In this document: positions 61,759-64,000 of the stretch, in pieces
How the letters are laid out: each line of letters starts with the position of its first letter
Position numbering within the stretch: the first letter of the stretch is position 1
Assembly (NCBI GenBank): GCA_963796685.1
Contig: CAWCMR010000008.1
Coordinates: forward strand, 448,001 to 512,000
Direction of reading: 5' to 3'
DNA: 64,000 nucleotides
DNA from: an uncultured delta proteobacterium
GTDB taxonomy: Bacteria > Myxococcota_A > Polyangia > Fen-1088
Made by a program: the position numbers and the translations under genes
The notes under the pieces: model-generated
Database searches by the model: none
Seen by the model: only the letters and a program-made list of their open reading frames with translations
Told to the model about the DNA's origin: nothing

Positions 61759-64000
61759 ATGGCAAGCTCCGAGGAACCGCTGGCCCCGGCCGGCTCGACC
61801 CCGAGCGGCGACGAGTCGAGATTCAGGGATTTGTTCGATCGCTTGCCCCAGACGGTCTTCGAGTTCGATCTCGCGGGCCGTTTCGTCTACGTCAACCGCA
61901 CCGGTCTGGAACGGTTCGGCTACACCGAGGCGGAGGTGGCCCAGGGGGTCTCCGTCATGAACGTCGTGGTTCCCGAGGAGCGCGATCACCTGCGCGCCAA
62001 CATCGCCAGGCGCCTGGGCGGGGGCGAAACCGAGGGTTTCCAGTACACGGCCCTGCGCAAGGACGGCGGCACCTTCCCGGCCCTGGTGCACACCACGGTG
62101 GTCTGCAAAGATGGCCGTCCCTGCGGGGTGCAGGGCTACCTCATCGACATCTCCGAGCGCGTGCGCGCCGAGAATGCCCTGCACCGCCGCGTGGACCTCG
62201 AACAGCTCGTCATGCGCGCCTCGACCCGATTGGTGGCGGAGCTGGCGCCCGGCGAGCTCGACGCTCGCATCGATGATGCGCTGGCCGAGATCGGCCGCTT
62301 CCTCAACGTCGATCGCAGCTACGTCTTCCTGTTCTCGCCCGACGGCGCGTTCATGGACAACACCCACGAATGGGTGGGTGAAGGCGTTTCGGCAGAGCGG
62401 GGCAACCTGCAGCACCTCCCGGCGCAGACCGGCTTCCCCTGGTTCGTGAACGAGCTGCGCAGCCGGATGGTGGTGCCGGTGCCCCTGGTAGCCGAGCTAC
62501 CTCCCGAAGCCGGCGCGGAAAGGGCCGAATTCGAGAGGGAAGGTATTCGCTCGCTCCTCTGCGTGGCCATGGTCCACGCCGGAACGGTGGGAGGCTTCCT
62601 CGGGCTCGATTCCGTCCGCGCCCGGAGCTGGTCGGAGGACGAGATCTCGCTGTTGCGGGTGATGGGCGAGATCCTGATGGGAGCCATCGCGCGGCAGCAG
62701 GCCGAGCATGCGTTGCAAGAAAGCGAGCGGAAGTACAAGACCTTGGTCGAGACGACCGCGACGGGTTTCGTCATCACGGATCGGCAGGGTCGCGTGATCG
62801 ACGCCAACGCCGAATACGTGCGCATGTCGGGGCACGGGACACTGGAGGAGATTCGCAGTCGCAGCGTGGTAGAGTGGACTGCCGACCACGATCAGGTGCC
62901 CAACGCCGAAGCCCTGGTCGACTGCATCGGTCGCGGTTCTCTGAGAGACCTGCAGATCGACTACGCACACGCCGACGGGACCATGGTTCCCACGCTGATC
63001 GATGCCACCGTGACCGAGTTCGAGGGAGAACCGCGAATCATCTCGCTCGTCCGCGACATCTCGGATCGTAAACGCCTGGAAGCCGAGCTCCTGCGCTCGG
63101 AAAAGCTGCGCTCGGTGGGCGTCCTGGCCGGCGGCATCGCGCATGACTTCAACAACATCCTCACCGCCATCCTGGGCAACGTCTCGCTCCTGCAGGCCTC
63201 ATTTGCCGCCGATGATGCCGCCGCTGGACACCTGGACGAGGTCGAGAAAGCGTCTCAACGCGCGCGCGAGCTGACCCGCCAACTCCTCACCTTTTCTCGC
63301 GGCGGGGATCCGGTGCGCAAGCCGTTCCCCCCCGAGCCGCTCCTTCGTGAGAGCACCACGTTGGCCCTGCGCGGTCGGGCCAGCGCCTGCGAATTCGCGA
63401 TCGACCCCGACCTGGCCCTGGTGGATGGGGACGAGGGCCAGATCGGGCAGGTCATTCGCAACCTGGTCCTCAATGCCAGCCAAGCCATGGACGGTGGCGG
63501 CACTGTCCGGGTCTCGGCGGAGATGCGCGACCTCCACAGCGGAGAGAAACACGGGCTCCACGCCGGAAGATACGTGGCGTTCGCCATTGCCGACCACGGC
63601 AGCGGTATTCCCGAAGAGCACCGACTGCGCATCTTCGACCCCTACTTCACCACCAAACGCGACGGTCGCGGCCTGGGCCTGGCGGTGAGCCATTCCGTGG
63701 TGAGCAACCACCACGGTGCCATCGCGGTCGATTCGCACCTGGGGCACGGTACCGTCTTCACGGTCTATCTGCCTGCCGCCCAAGGCGACGCCGTCCTACC
63801 CCCGACCGACACGGCGGAGATCGTGCGTGGCCGCGGTCGCATCCTGATCATGGACGACGAAGAGAGCGTGCGACAGATCGCGGGAAAGATCGTCGAGGCG
63901 CTCGGCTACGAAGCCGAGCTCGCCCGTGACGGACGCGAGGCCATCGACCGCTGGCGGAAGGCGCGGACGCAGGGCCGTCCTCTCGATGTGGCGATCATGG
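61759..64000 (+). CDS. PAS-GAF-PAS hybrid sensor histidine kinase (3'-truncated by window edge)
   Basis: Own translation: MASSEEP...FRDLFDRLPQTVFEFD (PAS), GAF, PAS, LAGGIAHDFNNIL, FDPYFTTK..GRGLGL and receiver ILIMDDE. No stop before the window end. Confidence 0.92.
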   Translation, partial: MASSEEPLAPAGSTPSGDESRFRDLFDRLPQTVFEFDLAGRFVYVNRTGLERFGYTEAEVAQGVSVMNVVVPEERDHLRANIARRLGGGETEGFQYTALRKDGGTFPALVHTTVVCKDGRPCGVQGYLIDISERVRAENALHRRVDLEQLVMRASTRLVAELAPGELDARIDDALAEIGRFLNVDRSYVFLFSPDGAFMDNTHEWVGEGVSAERGNLQHLPAQTGFPWFVNELRSRMVVPVPLVAELPPEAGAERAEFEREGIRSLLCVAMVHAGTVGGFLGLDSVRARSWSEDEISLLRVMGEILMGAIARQQAEHALQESERKYKTLVETTATGFVITDRQGRVIDANAEYVRMSGHGTLEEIRSRSVVEWTADHDQVPNAEALVDCIGRGSLRDLQIDYAHADGTMVPTLIDATVTEFEGEPRIISLVRDISDRKRLEAELLRSEKLRSVGVLAGGIAHDFNNILTAILGNVSLLQASFAADDAAAGHLDEVEKASQRARELTRQLLTFSRGGDPVRKPFPPEPLLRESTTLALRGRASACEFAIDPDLALVDGDEGQIGQVIRNLVLNASQAMDGGGTVRVSAEMRDLHSGEKHGLHAGRYVAFAIADHGSGIPEEHRLRIFDPYFTTKRDGRGLGLAVSHSVVSNHHGAIAVDSHLGHGTVFTVYLPAAQGDAVLPPTDTAEIVRGRGRILIMDDEESVRQIAGKIVEALGYEAELARDGREAIDRWRKARTQGRPLDVAIM

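Overview
GC-rich (roughly two-thirds G+C by eye) chromosomal segment of a myxobacterium, most likely Myxococcota class Polyangia. This is inferred from Cys-rich DUF4215/fibro-slime, VWA and DUF1592/DUF1552 proteins, many Gly-rich lipoproteins and multiple hybrid kinases. It holds about 45 CDS, including housekeeping genes (tal, aspS, pgk-tpiA-secG-dapF, cold-shock protein), an initiator tRNA-Met with an adjacent VapBC-type toxin-antitoxin pair, a PadR/ABC/LolA-like/outer-membrane export operon, a PL11 rhamnogalacturonan lyase, a sulfatase, an octaheme TPR cytochrome, two radical SAM enzymes and a SPINDLY-type O-GlcNAc transferase. No CRISPR array, rRNA, prophage or intact transposase/integrase is visible. 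Best leads: (1) a 79-aa membrane-anchored protein whose soluble part resembles the N-terminal dimerisation domain of ribosomal protein L7/L12; (2) a three-copy TGTAAC-N16-GCATC ECF-type promoter linking a porin, an MFS transporter and an uncharacterised DUF1592-DUF1552-haem operon; (3) a roughly 200-bp structured dispersed repeat plus two long rod-like intergenic hairpins; (4) an orphan GT-B-like protein head-to-head with the O-GlcNAc transferase. Four genes carry single-base frameshifts that are probably sequencing errors. All family calls come from motif recognition, not database searches.
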